A stretch of DNA of 64,000 bases from Nitrospira sp. (lineage in GTDB: Bacteria; Nitrospirota; Nitrospiria; Nitrospirales; Nitrospiraceae): the NCBI GenBank assembly GCA_046604365.1, contig JBJACV010000007.1, positions 121,877-185,876 on the forward strand, in the 5' to 3' direction. Below are positions 19,766-28,005 of the stretch, in pieces. The translations under genes were made by a program, and so were the position numbers. Within the stretch, counting starts at the first letter, position 1; each line of letters starts with the position of its first letter. The notes beneath the pieces are model-generated. The model was not told the DNA's origin and made no database searches. It saw nothing but the letters and a program-made list of their open reading frames with translations.

Positions 19766-20287
19766 ATGAAATTTCCAGTCATCTCTACTGCGGGCCATCA
19801 GGGCAAGACCATGATCGTCGATGCCGATCTCGAAACAGTCGCGGTGCAAGATCCATCGGGGAAGGTGTTGGGCGATATGCCTTGGGGCGAGATCATCGAA
19901 CGAGTGCTTGCCGGCGACGATACCGCATTCGCCCATTGCCGCGCATACCCGCGTGCCCCGCTTGCCATCAAGGTGCAGTGTTCGACGCCTGATGGGAAGA
20001 AATTCGAGAGTCTCACAGCAGGAATCGGAGGAGGCGGGTTGTTTATCGAGAGTAGCTCCCCGCTGGCGATGGGAACGGAATTGTCTCTCGAATTCTCGCT
20101 GCCTGATCGGCCCCTGGAGAAACTGAGAGCCAAAGCGAAGGTGGCCTGGGTTCGAAACAAACCGGAGCGGTATCTCCTGTTTCCTGGAATGGGTGTGCAA
20201 TTCGTGGATATCGATAGCAAGGTGCAAAATCTTCTCGTAGGGCTGGTCGAGGCATTGAACCGGAGCCGAACTCGCGCTCAGACCTGA
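19766..20287 (+). CDS. PilZ-like domain protein (paralog 2)
   Basis: 173 aa, alignable over its full length with the upstream gene. It has RAYPR (RxxxR), GIGGGGLFIES, and PGMGVQFVDID. Confidence 0.7.
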   Translation: MKFPVISTAGHQGKTMIVDADLETVAVQDPSGKVLGDMPWGEIIERVLAGDDTAFAHCRAYPRAPLAIKVQCSTPDGKKFESLTAGIGGGGLFIESSSPLAMGTELSLEFSLPDRPLEKLRAKAKVAWVRNKPERYLLFPGMGVQFVDIDSKVQNLLVGLVEALNRSRTRAQT

Positions 20288-20530
20288 ATCGCAGGGAGCG
20301 TGGTTCATCCACTCATTGAGCCGGCGCACGGTCTCCCGCACGACCGATTCCAGCGTTGCGGTGATGGATGTAGTCCCAAGAATCGCACCCGATATACAGT
20401 TTCCTCCCGAACGCTCACCATAAAAGAGCCGTGCCATAGACGATCCTAAGAGCCGGAACGGCTTGAACATCATCCGTTTTTCCCAGCCCACTGAACAGTC
20501 TGTGAAAACGATACGTGCCCAATGTGGGAC

Positions 20531-21346
20531 TTACACGGGCTTCGGGGGATCTTCCTGAACTGCTGCTGGTTCTGCTGCGGCGTCAAGAGATTGTTGAAGT
20601 TCTTTGTGCGCGGCATCCATTTCAGCCTGAAGCGTACGCATCTCAGGGGCGATGCTGTTGCGGACATCGGTTGCCGCTTGCCGGAAGGTGCGTAAGACGT
20701 CGCCCATGCCTTCACCGAGGCTCTGCATGTCTTCAGGAGAGACCCCTGACGGAGCAGGCGCTCCCTTGGCCTTTAGTGCGGCTTGCTGGGCTTGCACACG
20801 AGCGACCGCGTCTTTGTTCACGATTGCTGAGGGGCGCTTACCGGACGGCTTCGTTTGGGTCCCCGGCGGCAAAGGTGGATATTGACCGCGGGCCATCGGA
20901 GCAGGCGCAGCCGCCCGCTCTTCCATCGTGACCACATGTTGGGCCGGTGCCTCGGCAGCTCGTGGCGTTCGATCAGGGGCGGTCTTCGATGTATGAGGGG
21001 ATTGCGGCCCTGTTGTGTAGAGGAACGACGCGGTAGTCCCCGGTGTCATTTCAGGACCAGGGGTATAGGGGATGTTGGGTTTGGTGGTTGTGGCTGCGGT
21101 GCTCGATGCCCTAGGAGCCTGAATCGGCGCAGAAGCGATCGGCTGAGGGTGCTCAGGCCGTGCAGAGGGTGTTTCTTGTTGAGGCGGTGTCTCGACTGCA
21201 GGCGGGGCGTCGTGAACTTCCTTTTTGAAACCTTTCAAGGCCTTGCCGACACCTTCGCCGATCTGGGGTAACCGGCCTGCCCCGAAAATGATCAAGATAA
21301 TGGCCAGAATGATGAGGAGCTCAGAAATTCCCATTGTTCCGAACAT
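20531..21346 (-). CDS. tatA: TatA/E-family twin-arginine translocase subunit with long Pro/Ala-rich C-terminal extension
   Basis: The ATG at 21346 (GGAG 6 nt upstream) gives MFGTMGISELLIILAIILIIFGAGRLPQIGEGVGKALKGFKKEV, a canonical TatA transmembrane helix, hinge and amphipathic helix. The remaining ~220 aa are low-complexity Pro/Ala/Thr, ending in a helical segment. Confidence 0.7.
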   Translation of the reverse strand: MFGTMGISELLIILAIILIIFGAGRLPQIGEGVGKALKGFKKEVHDAPPAVETPPQQETPSARPEHPQPIASAPIQAPRASSTAATTTKPNIPYTPGPEMTPGTTASFLYTTGPQSPHTSKTAPDRTPRAAEAPAQHVVTMEERAAAPAPMARGQYPPLPPGTQTKPSGKRPSAIVNKDAVARVQAQQAALKAKGAPAPSGVSPEDMQSLGEGMGDVLRTFRQAATDVRNSIAPEMRTLQAEMDAAHKELQQSLDAAAEPAAVQEDPPKPV

Positions 21347-21483
21347 GGCTGCTCCGCTTGATGCAATGCCGCACAAGAGACCTGGCCGACCCGCGAGTAG
21401 AGTGAATCTAGCTGCCCTCTCCGCAGAGTGTCAAGAAAGGGAGGGCATGGAGCGAGCCGGAGAGAGCGGAACGGTCGTGAAGG

Positions 21484-22686
21484 TCAGAGAATGGGAACGA
21501 TGTCGGTTTGGAGCGGTTCGCCATACGTCAATGCGTCCCGTTCCGATACATAGACATCGAATTCGCTACGGATGCCAAATTCCCCAGGGAGATAAATGCC
21601 CGGCTCGATGGAAAAACAGGTTCGAGGCATGAGCCGACGCCCGTCCTGTGTTTCCAAATTATCGATGTTGGCGCCGTTGCCATGGACTTCTTCACCGATG
21701 GAATGACCGGTCCGATGGACGAAGAAGTCGCCATAGCCCGCGTCTCGAATGACGTTCCGGCACACATCATCGACTTCCCATCCGAAGGGAAAGTGGCCGG
21801 AGGCGACCCGTTCTCGAACAAACGACAACGCCGCATCGCGCCCTTGCCGGACATAGTCGAAAATCATGCGCTGTTTTGCCGGTACCTGCTTGTCTGTGTA
21901 CCCGGTCCAGGTAATGTCGCCGTAAACTGAGCCGGGCTCGGTCTGTTTGGCCCACAGATCGATCAACAGCAAGCTTTCCCGGGTGATGGGAGAAGAATCG
22001 GACTCCACCGGCCCATAATGGGGGTCGGCGCTATGAGCATCAACCGCCGCGATGGGAGCGCTGGAGGTTGTCATTCCTGCGTCGTGAATGCGTGCGAGAA
22101 TGAATTGCTGCAGGCCGTATTCGGTGAGCACTCGTCCCTTGGCAATCGATGCGCCGACATGTGCAAATGCCTCATCAACGATCCTTCGAAGCGCTTCGGT
22201 GGCATACCGATGCGATTCCAGTTGGCGGTCCGTCCAAACCGCTTCAAATCGCTGCACCAGATCGGCGGATGTGACGACGTCGAGTCCGAAGCTTCGAATC
22301 AAATCGATAGTTCCGGCATCGACCCGAGCCAGATAGGGAACGGCATTGAGGGGCGAATACTGCATGGCGATACGGCGTCGGTTGCGTAACAACGATGAGA
22401 GTAAGGCGCGTTGTTGTTCCCATGACACATATAGTTGAGCCTCGCCGGGCAATTCGTCCAAGACATGCGGCTCGATCCGGTGGAGCAGCTTGAGCGGCTC
22501 TCCTGTCGCAGGAATCCAATAGTACCATCGCCGTGTGACATGCCGTCCGGGATCCAGGAGCAGAACTCGATAGGCTAACGGGTCGCTTCCACGAAAATCG
22601 TAGAAGAGCCATCCGTCAAGCCCATCCATTTCTTGAAGGGCGCGCTGGATCGCTGCCACCCGCTCGCCATGCAAGGTCATACTCAT
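21484..22686 (-). CDS. M24 family metallopeptidase (Xaa-Pro aminopeptidase/dipeptidase-like)
   Basis: 400 aa. Pita-bread fold motifs: LLLIDLWA, HRTGHSIGEEVHG, and CFSIEPGIYLPGEFGIRSEFDVYV. Confidence 0.8.
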   Translation of the reverse strand: MSMTLHGERVAAIQRALQEMDGLDGWLFYDFRGSDPLAYRVLLLDPGRHVTRRWYYWIPATGEPLKLLHRIEPHVLDELPGEAQLYVSWEQQRALLSSLLRNRRRIAMQYSPLNAVPYLARVDAGTIDLIRSFGLDVVTSADLVQRFEAVWTDRQLESHRYATEALRRIVDEAFAHVGASIAKGRVLTEYGLQQFILARIHDAGMTTSSAPIAAVDAHSADPHYGPVESDSSPITRESLLLIDLWAKQTEPGSVYGDITWTGYTDKQVPAKQRMIFDYVRQGRDAALSFVRERVASGHFPFGWEVDDVCRNVIRDAGYGDFFVHRTGHSIGEEVHGNGANIDNLETQDGRRLMPRTCFSIEPGIYLPGEFGIRSEFDVYVSERDALTYGEPLQTDIVPIL

Positions 22687-22759
22687 ACGAGTGCATCTTA
22701 TCGTCGAGTCCGAAGGGCGTCAATCAAACGCTGGCCCTCAGAGCGCATCATGATACAAT

Positions 22760-23239
22760 GTGCGACTTATGGATCAGACATCATTACCTGAACTTTCATC
22801 CTACCGGGTTACGTTATTCTTCGGGCCGGAGCCGGTGGAGAAGGAGGCCGGTGTCCAGGCCTGCACATTCAACGTCAAGAAACGGAGCTGGAAGGCTGGC
22901 GTGCAAGTGTCCGTGGAAATTGGATCTGAACAGCTGGCGAACCTTCGTCACAAAGTGCGGCTTGTCGATCGTCTGGCCGAAGTTTTGATGATGCTTTCGC
23001 CGGACGAGCGCCCAGCGTATAAAGAACGCGCGGAGGATTTGTTCGTCCAGTCCGTGACGTGGTGCAAACTCGATCTCTGCTTGCGAGCCGGCTTGAATCA
23101 GGAAAACCAGCGAATCTCAGCGGTCGACTTTGTGTCCGAGCTGGATCGGTCCGTCGTTGCCCGCACGGAGCATGTGATCGCCTACATTATGACGGAGCTT
23201 GATGTTGTGCCCGATCGCTCATCGCCTTCATCTCATTAG
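22760..23239 (+). CDS. Hypothetical protein
   Basis: 159-aa ORF from the GTG at 22760, or 156 aa from the ATG at 22769. An extended -10-like TGATACAAT (22751-22759) lies immediately upstream. No family recognised. Confidence 0.45.
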   Translation: MRLMDQTSLPELSSYRVTLFFGPEPVEKEAGVQACTFNVKKRSWKAGVQVSVEIGSEQLANLRHKVRLVDRLAEVLMMLSPDERPAYKERAEDLFVQSVTWCKLDLCLRAGLNQENQRISAVDFVSELDRSVVARTEHVIAYIMTELDVVPDRSSPSSH

Positions 23240-23357
23240 ATGTTTGAACCGGCAGGGGGTTTGCATTCGTTGAGGAATTTGTTATAAGGCCTGTGGGTAT
23301 TGTGCATGGAGTTTCTATCGTTCTTGATTTCGCGCAGCAGCGGAAGGAGGCAGTTCA

Positions 23358-23762
23358 ATGAATACGTCCGGATATGATCGTCGACTCCCGCTCGTCACAT
23401 GTGTCGTAGCGGTGATGTGTTTTTCCCTGATGACAGCGTTCACCACACCGGCCTGGAGTCAGGCTTCGGCTTCGGACCAGCAGCAAGGAACGGCCGCCGG
23501 CGCCGGCATGCAAGCAGCCGCGGCGGTGAGCACGATCCTGTATTTCCCGTTCAAGGGCGCGTTTGCGATCGGCGGCGGAATCGTCGGCGGCCTCGCCTAT
23601 CTGTTCTCAGGCGGCAGTGAACAAACAGCCAAAAGCATCTGGATCCCCAGCATGTACGGCACCTACGTCATCGTGCCCGAACACCTCACGGGCGACCGTC
23701 CTGTACGATTCTTGGGAGTCGCTGCCGAGAGTGAGAGTATGACCGCCGAACCAGTCCAGTAG
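23358..23762 (+). CDS. Hypothetical secreted/membrane protein
   Basis: 134 aa. GGAGG 7 nt upstream, signal-peptide-like N-terminus (LVTCVVAVMCFSLMTAFTTPAWSQA), and a Gly-rich hydrophobic segment (FKGAFAIGGGIVGGLAYLF). Its stop is 1 nt before the next gene's start. Confidence 0.5.
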   Translation: MNTSGYDRRLPLVTCVVAVMCFSLMTAFTTPAWSQASASDQQQGTAAGAGMQAAAAVSTILYFPFKGAFAIGGGIVGGLAYLFSGGSEQTAKSIWIPSMYGTYVIVPEHLTGDRPVRFLGVAAESESMTAEPVQ

Positions 23763-23763
23763 T

Positions 23764-24504
23764 ATGAAGCCTGTGATCGGCGTGACGCCGGACTTCAATG
23801 CCGGTGACAGGAAGGATATGGGCGGGCGGGAACCCACCTATTTTCTCCGAGCTCGCTACATACGGGCTATCGAAGAACTCGGCGGCGTTCCGCTCATTCT
23901 GCCTCTTGTGGCTGCGACGGCTGCCAGACGGAGGCTGCTCGACGGGGTTGACGGGCTTCTTCTCACCGGCAGCGGTCCTGATCTTCCTCCCCGTCTCTAC
24001 GGGGAACGCCAACGGTACAAATTTCCGCTCGTGAGTGAGCGACGCGCCGATTTCGAGCTCGATCTGGTCTCCCAGGCTCGAACCCGCGATCTTCCTCTGT
24101 TAGGAATTTGCGGAGGCATGCAGACAGTCAACGTCGCGTGCGGTGGCAGCCTCTTTCAGGACATTCCGTCGCAAGTGCAGCATGCGCTGGACCATCGTCA
24201 GCAGAAAAAAGCGACCCATGTCTCTCATCCAGTGGCGGTGACACCCAAGAGCCTGCTCCGGAAAATTGTCGATCGGGCAACCCTGATGGTGAACAGCTCC
24301 CATCATCAATCCGTCAAACTGGTGGCGCCGTCGCTGGTTGCGAGCGCCGTCGCTCCCGACGGAATCGTCGAAGCGATCGAGTCGCCCCAACACCGGTTTC
24401 TGCTGGCGATTCAATGGCACCCGGAATTTCTCTTCGAGCGCCACGCAGCCCATCGGCGGCTGTTCGAAGCGCTGCTGCGGGCTGCGCGGCGGTCTCGCGC
24501 GTGA
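23764..24504 (+). CDS. Class I glutamine amidotransferase, peptidase C26 / gamma-glutamyl-GABA hydrolase-like
   Basis: 246 aa. PLLGICGGMQTVNVACGG nucleophile-elbow Cys and AIQWHPEF His motif. Confidence 0.8.
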   Translation: MKPVIGVTPDFNAGDRKDMGGREPTYFLRARYIRAIEELGGVPLILPLVAATAARRRLLDGVDGLLLTGSGPDLPPRLYGERQRYKFPLVSERRADFELDLVSQARTRDLPLLGICGGMQTVNVACGGSLFQDIPSQVQHALDHRQQKKATHVSHPVAVTPKSLLRKIVDRATLMVNSSHHQSVKLVAPSLVASAVAPDGIVEAIESPQHRFLLAIQWHPEFLFERHAAHRRLFEALLRAARRSRA

Positions 24505-24636
24505 TTCTCACACAATCCATCACGCGGTCAGAACGCCATCCTCATTGCTGTCCGCCTGCTATACTTGATTCCAAATGGAGCCTGGGCCGGTGATCCTACT
24601 ACAGCCGATCCCACCACGTCTGACACAGGGCACTTT

Positions 24637-26070
24637 GTGATCAGCCGCCTCTTTCGAACAAAATCGATCGAACAGTGCCTTGCCGACGCGGATCGTCCCG
24701 AGCATCGCCTCAAGAAAACGCTGACAGTCTGGAATCTCACGGCTCTCGGTATCGGCGCGATTATCGGAACCGGCATCTTCGTCTTGGTCGGCACTGCCAT
24801 TGTGGGCGATGCGCATCGGCCTGGGGCCGGGCCAGGCATCGTGCTCTCATTCGTTCTCTCGGGACTCACCTGTGCCTTGGCGGCCCTGTGCTATGCGGAA
24901 TTTTCGGCGATGATTCCGGTAGCCGGCTCTGCCTATACCTATTCCTATGCCACGCTCGGTGAATTTCTTGCCTGGTTGACCGGATGGAATTTGATTTTGG
25001 AATATGGAGTCGCTTGCGTCGCCGTGGCCATCGGCTGGTCCGGGTACTTCAATAATTTGCTCAAGCTGGCAGGGCTGGACCTTCCCTATTGGGCGACGAA
25101 TCCTCCGCATTGGGCCGGAGGACCGGAAGGAAGCATCGCCAATTTTCCGGCTGCCATCATCGTTCTGCTGATTACGATCATTCTGGTCATAGGAATCAAA
25201 GAAAGCGCTCGCGCTACCGGCTATATCGTCGCACTGAAGCTGGCGGTCATTCTGTTCTTCCTCGCTGTCGGGACTCCCGCCGTGAACCCTGAGAACTGGA
25301 CCCCGTTCATGCCGCAGGGGTTTGAGGGGGTACGGTCTGCAGCGGCGGTGATTTTCTTTGCCTACATTGGATTCGATGCCGTTTCTACTGCTGCGGAAGA
25401 GGCCCGCAATCCTCAACGGGATGTGCCATTGGGTATCATCGGCTCTCTCGCGGTCTGTACCGTACTGTATGTGTCTGTGGCAGCAGTGCTGACCGGACTC
25501 GTACCGGTAAGCCAGATCGATATTCATGCTCCGGTGGCGGAGGCGCTGAGCCTAGCCGGGTACAAATGGGGGGCGGCGGTCGTGGCGATCGGCGCCGTCG
25601 CCGGGATCACCAGTGTTCTGGTGGTGATGATGCTTGGGCAGATCCGCGTGTTCTTTGCCATGTCGCGCGACCGGCTGCTGAGTCCGTCACTCTCGATTGT
25701 GCATCCGCGGTTCGGCACACCCCATCGAGCGACGATTCTTACCGGGGTCGCCGTCGCCATCCTGGCCTCGCTGTTTCAGATCGGCGATGCAGCCGATATG
25801 ACGAACATCGGCACCTTCTTTGCCTTCGTGCTGGTGTGTGTCGGTGTGATGCTGCTCCGGCACACGCGTCCGAATCAGCCCCGCCCGTTTCGTCTCCCCC
25901 TGATGCCGCTCGTGCCGCTACTCGGCATGGGGGCTTGTCTCTATCTCATGGCCGGACTTCCGCAAGTGACCTGGATCCGGTTCGTTGTCTGGACGATCAT
26001 CGGCATCGTGGTCTATTTGGTATACGGTATGAAGCACAGCAGACTTGCCGCACAGAACAGTCAACCGTGA
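24637..26070 (+). CDS. Amino acid permease (APC superfamily, cationic amino-acid transporter-like)
   Basis: The track ORF starts at 24565. The GTG at 24637 gives [15 protein letters not shown].., the usual N-terminus of this family. It has [19 protein letters not shown] and about 12 hydrophobic segments. Confidence 0.85.
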   Translation: MISRLFRTKSIEQCLADADRPEHRLKKTLTVWNLTALGIGAIIGTGIFVLVGTAIVGDAHRPGAGPGIVLSFVLSGLTCALAALCYAEFSAMIPVAGSAYTYSYATLGEFLAWLTGWNLILEYGVACVAVAIGWSGYFNNLLKLAGLDLPYWATNPPHWAGGPEGSIANFPAAIIVLLITIILVIGIKESARATGYIVALKLAVILFFLAVGTPAVNPENWTPFMPQGFEGVRSAAAVIFFAYIGFDAVSTAAEEARNPQRDVPLGIIGSLAVCTVLYVSVAAVLTGLVPVSQIDIHAPVAEALSLAGYKWGAAVVAIGAVAGITSVLVVMMLGQIRVFFAMSRDRLLSPSLSIVHPRFGTPHRATILTGVAVAILASLFQIGDAADMTNIGTFFAFVLVCVGVMLLRHTRPNQPRPFRLPLMPLVPLLGMGACLYLMAGLPQVTWIRFVVWTIIGIVVYLVYGMKHSRLAAQNSQP

Positions 26071-26142
26071 TCTCTTGATGACGGATGATTCTCCCTCGCC
26101 TCGCAATTGGATGCTGAACCGTCTATCGGCTGAATCTGCGGA

Positions 26143-26685
26143 CTAGCTGGATTGTCCTGACGGTTGTGGTGTGGAGACGGGTGTTGTGGCCTGTTGGCCA
26201 TTTGCAGCAGAGGCGGGGGCCGCCTGTTCAGGAGCCGTGTTCGATGGAGGGGGGGGCTGACTGGATTGAGTAGGAACAGCAGCCGGTTGATCCTCTGTCA
26301 CTGAGGGAGCCGCAGCTCGGTCAGGGGTAGCCTGAGGCTGAGGTGTCGGTGGACTTACAGGCGCAGGGCTGGCTGCTGCCGAGGCGGCAGGCTTCGTGGG
26401 AGCGGCCGGTTTCGGAGGAGCCGGTCTCTCAGGCTTGATGCCCCCTTCCCAGGCCGGACCGGAGTACATATCCGCCGTCAGGCCTCTGGCTTTCCACTTT
26501 TCTTCAAAATCAGCAGCGGCCTTGTTCGGCGTGTCGCCCAGACCGATGACGTCATTCCAGGGATAGACCTTCGGCCCGATCTGGCACCCGCTCTCCGTCC
26601 GCTTGAGATACAGGGCGATAGGATTGCCTCGATAGGGGCCGAGGTAAATATGCACAGAGCCGACATATTCGAGCAATGAAGCCAT
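26143..26685 (-). CDS. Hypothetical protein: ~75-aa globular N-domain plus ~100-aa Pro/Ala/Gln/Thr-rich tail
   Basis: The track ORF extends to 26877, but the ATG at 26685 has GGAGG 5 nt upstream and gives MASLLEYVGSVHIYLGPYRGNPIALYLKR... No family recognised. Confidence 0.5.
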   Translation of the reverse strand: MASLLEYVGSVHIYLGPYRGNPIALYLKRTESGCQIGPKVYPWNDVIGLGDTPNKAAADFEEKWKARGLTADMYSGPAWEGGIKPERPAPPKPAAPTKPAASAAASPAPVSPPTPQPQATPDRAAAPSVTEDQPAAVPTQSSQPPPPSNTAPEQAAPASAANGQQATTPVSTPQPSGQSS

Positions 26686-26890
26686 TGCGCCTCCAGGAAC
26701 GGGCATGATGCCACAAGCAGGAAGAAGAGGGCAAGACGGGCTTAGATGGTTACTTGGATTCGGGACATCTGATCGCTCGTATCTCGTGAAGCGTATCTCG
26801 CAAGCAAAGCCGAGGCACGCCTTCTTTCCGTCCTGCGCTCGCCTCGCATCGTCGGCGAAGCGGGTTTCACGCTTCACGAGGCACGGACAA

Positions 26891-27991
26891 TCAGGCGGGT
26901 TTGGCTATTCGTTCCCGGGCCTGGTGGATCGATCGTAATAAGGCCCGGTGGGTTCGGCACCCCACGATCAGCCGTGCATCAGATACCGAGACGGGTTTAT
27001 AGGGAACGAGGAACCGCTGTTTCAAGCGGGCGATGCGCGCGAGGGACACCTCCAGCCGCTGTGTTGAAATCGTGCCGTCCGCGACGGCTTTGTCCAACGC
27101 GCTGATCGCCGCCGCTTCACGGTTGCGATCTTTACAGATCAGCGGCATATCGCAGCCGGCGAGAATCGACTGGACCGTGGCCTCTTCGATGCCGTAGTGA
27201 TCGATAATCGCGTGCATCTCAAGATCGTCGGTCAGGACGACGCCGTCGTATTGCATCTCCTTCCGGAGCAGGGATCCGATGATCGCCGGAGACAGCGTCG
27301 CCGGGCGCTGATCATCCAATGCGCTGTACAACACATGGGCCGTCATCATCGTCGCGACACCACGCGCGACGGCATGCCGGAATGGAGGGAATTCGATCCG
27401 TTCCAACCGTTCGCGCGGCGCCGCTACGAGCGGCAATTCCTTGTGCGAATCCACAGTCGTGTCGCCATGGCCTGGAAAATGTTTGCCGCAGGCTACAACG
27501 CCGTTGTCTTGCAAGCCTCCCACCGTGGGCACGGCCAATTCGCAGACCGCCGCCGGTTCGGAGCCGAAGGCGCGATCCCCGATCACGGGATTCGCCGGGT
27601 TGCTGTTCACGTCGAGCACCGGCGACATGTTCATATTGATGCCGACAGCCCGCAGCTCTTTTGCCGTCGTGGCCGCCGCGGCATAGGCCAGCTCCAACGA
27701 ATTGCACCGGCCCAACACCTCGCACGGAGGGAAAATCGTAAACTCGTTCGGCAATCGCGAGACCCGCCCGCCCTCCTGGTCGATCGAGATCAGCAGCGGG
27801 GAATGGGGACTGCATCGTTGCAGCTCGTTCGTCAGATCCACGATCTGTTCGGTCGATTCGAGATTCCGCGAGAATAAGATGACTCCGCCGGGTTTATATT
27901 CTTTGATGAAGGCCGCGAGATCTGCCGAGACAGTCGTGCCGTCGAATCCCACCATGAAGAGCTGCCCGATTTTGTCACGCGACATGAGCAT
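26891..27991 (-). CDS. nagZ: Beta-N-acetylhexosaminidase (GH3), NagZ-like
   Basis: 366 aa. IGQLFMVGF, ISIDQEGGRVSRL, and KHFPGHGDTTVDSH are the GH3 NagZ motifs. Confidence 0.85.
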   Translation of the reverse strand: MLMSRDKIGQLFMVGFDGTTVSADLAAFIKEYKPGGVILFSRNLESTEQIVDLTNELQRCSPHSPLLISIDQEGGRVSRLPNEFTIFPPCEVLGRCNSLELAYAAAATTAKELRAVGINMNMSPVLDVNSNPANPVIGDRAFGSEPAAVCELAVPTVGGLQDNGVVACGKHFPGHGDTTVDSHKELPLVAAPRERLERIEFPPFRHAVARGVATMMTAHVLYSALDDQRPATLSPAIIGSLLRKEMQYDGVVLTDDLEMHAIIDHYGIEEATVQSILAGCDMPLICKDRNREAAAISALDKAVADGTISTQRLEVSLARIARLKQRFLVPYKPVSVSDARLIVGCRTHRALLRSIHQARERIAKPA

Positions 27992-28005
27992 AGGTGTGTC
28001 CCGTT

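Noticed and set aside
19538-20491. 317-aa minus-strand ORF spanning the PilZ region and the 243-nt spacer before the TatA-like gene
   Set aside because: It is antisense to both PilZ-like genes. Its composition is Arg/Ser/Cys-rich, typical of antisense frames in GC-rich DNA. I recognised no motif. The part lying in the true spacer (20288-20491) has no stop of its own, so it can't be a separate small gene.
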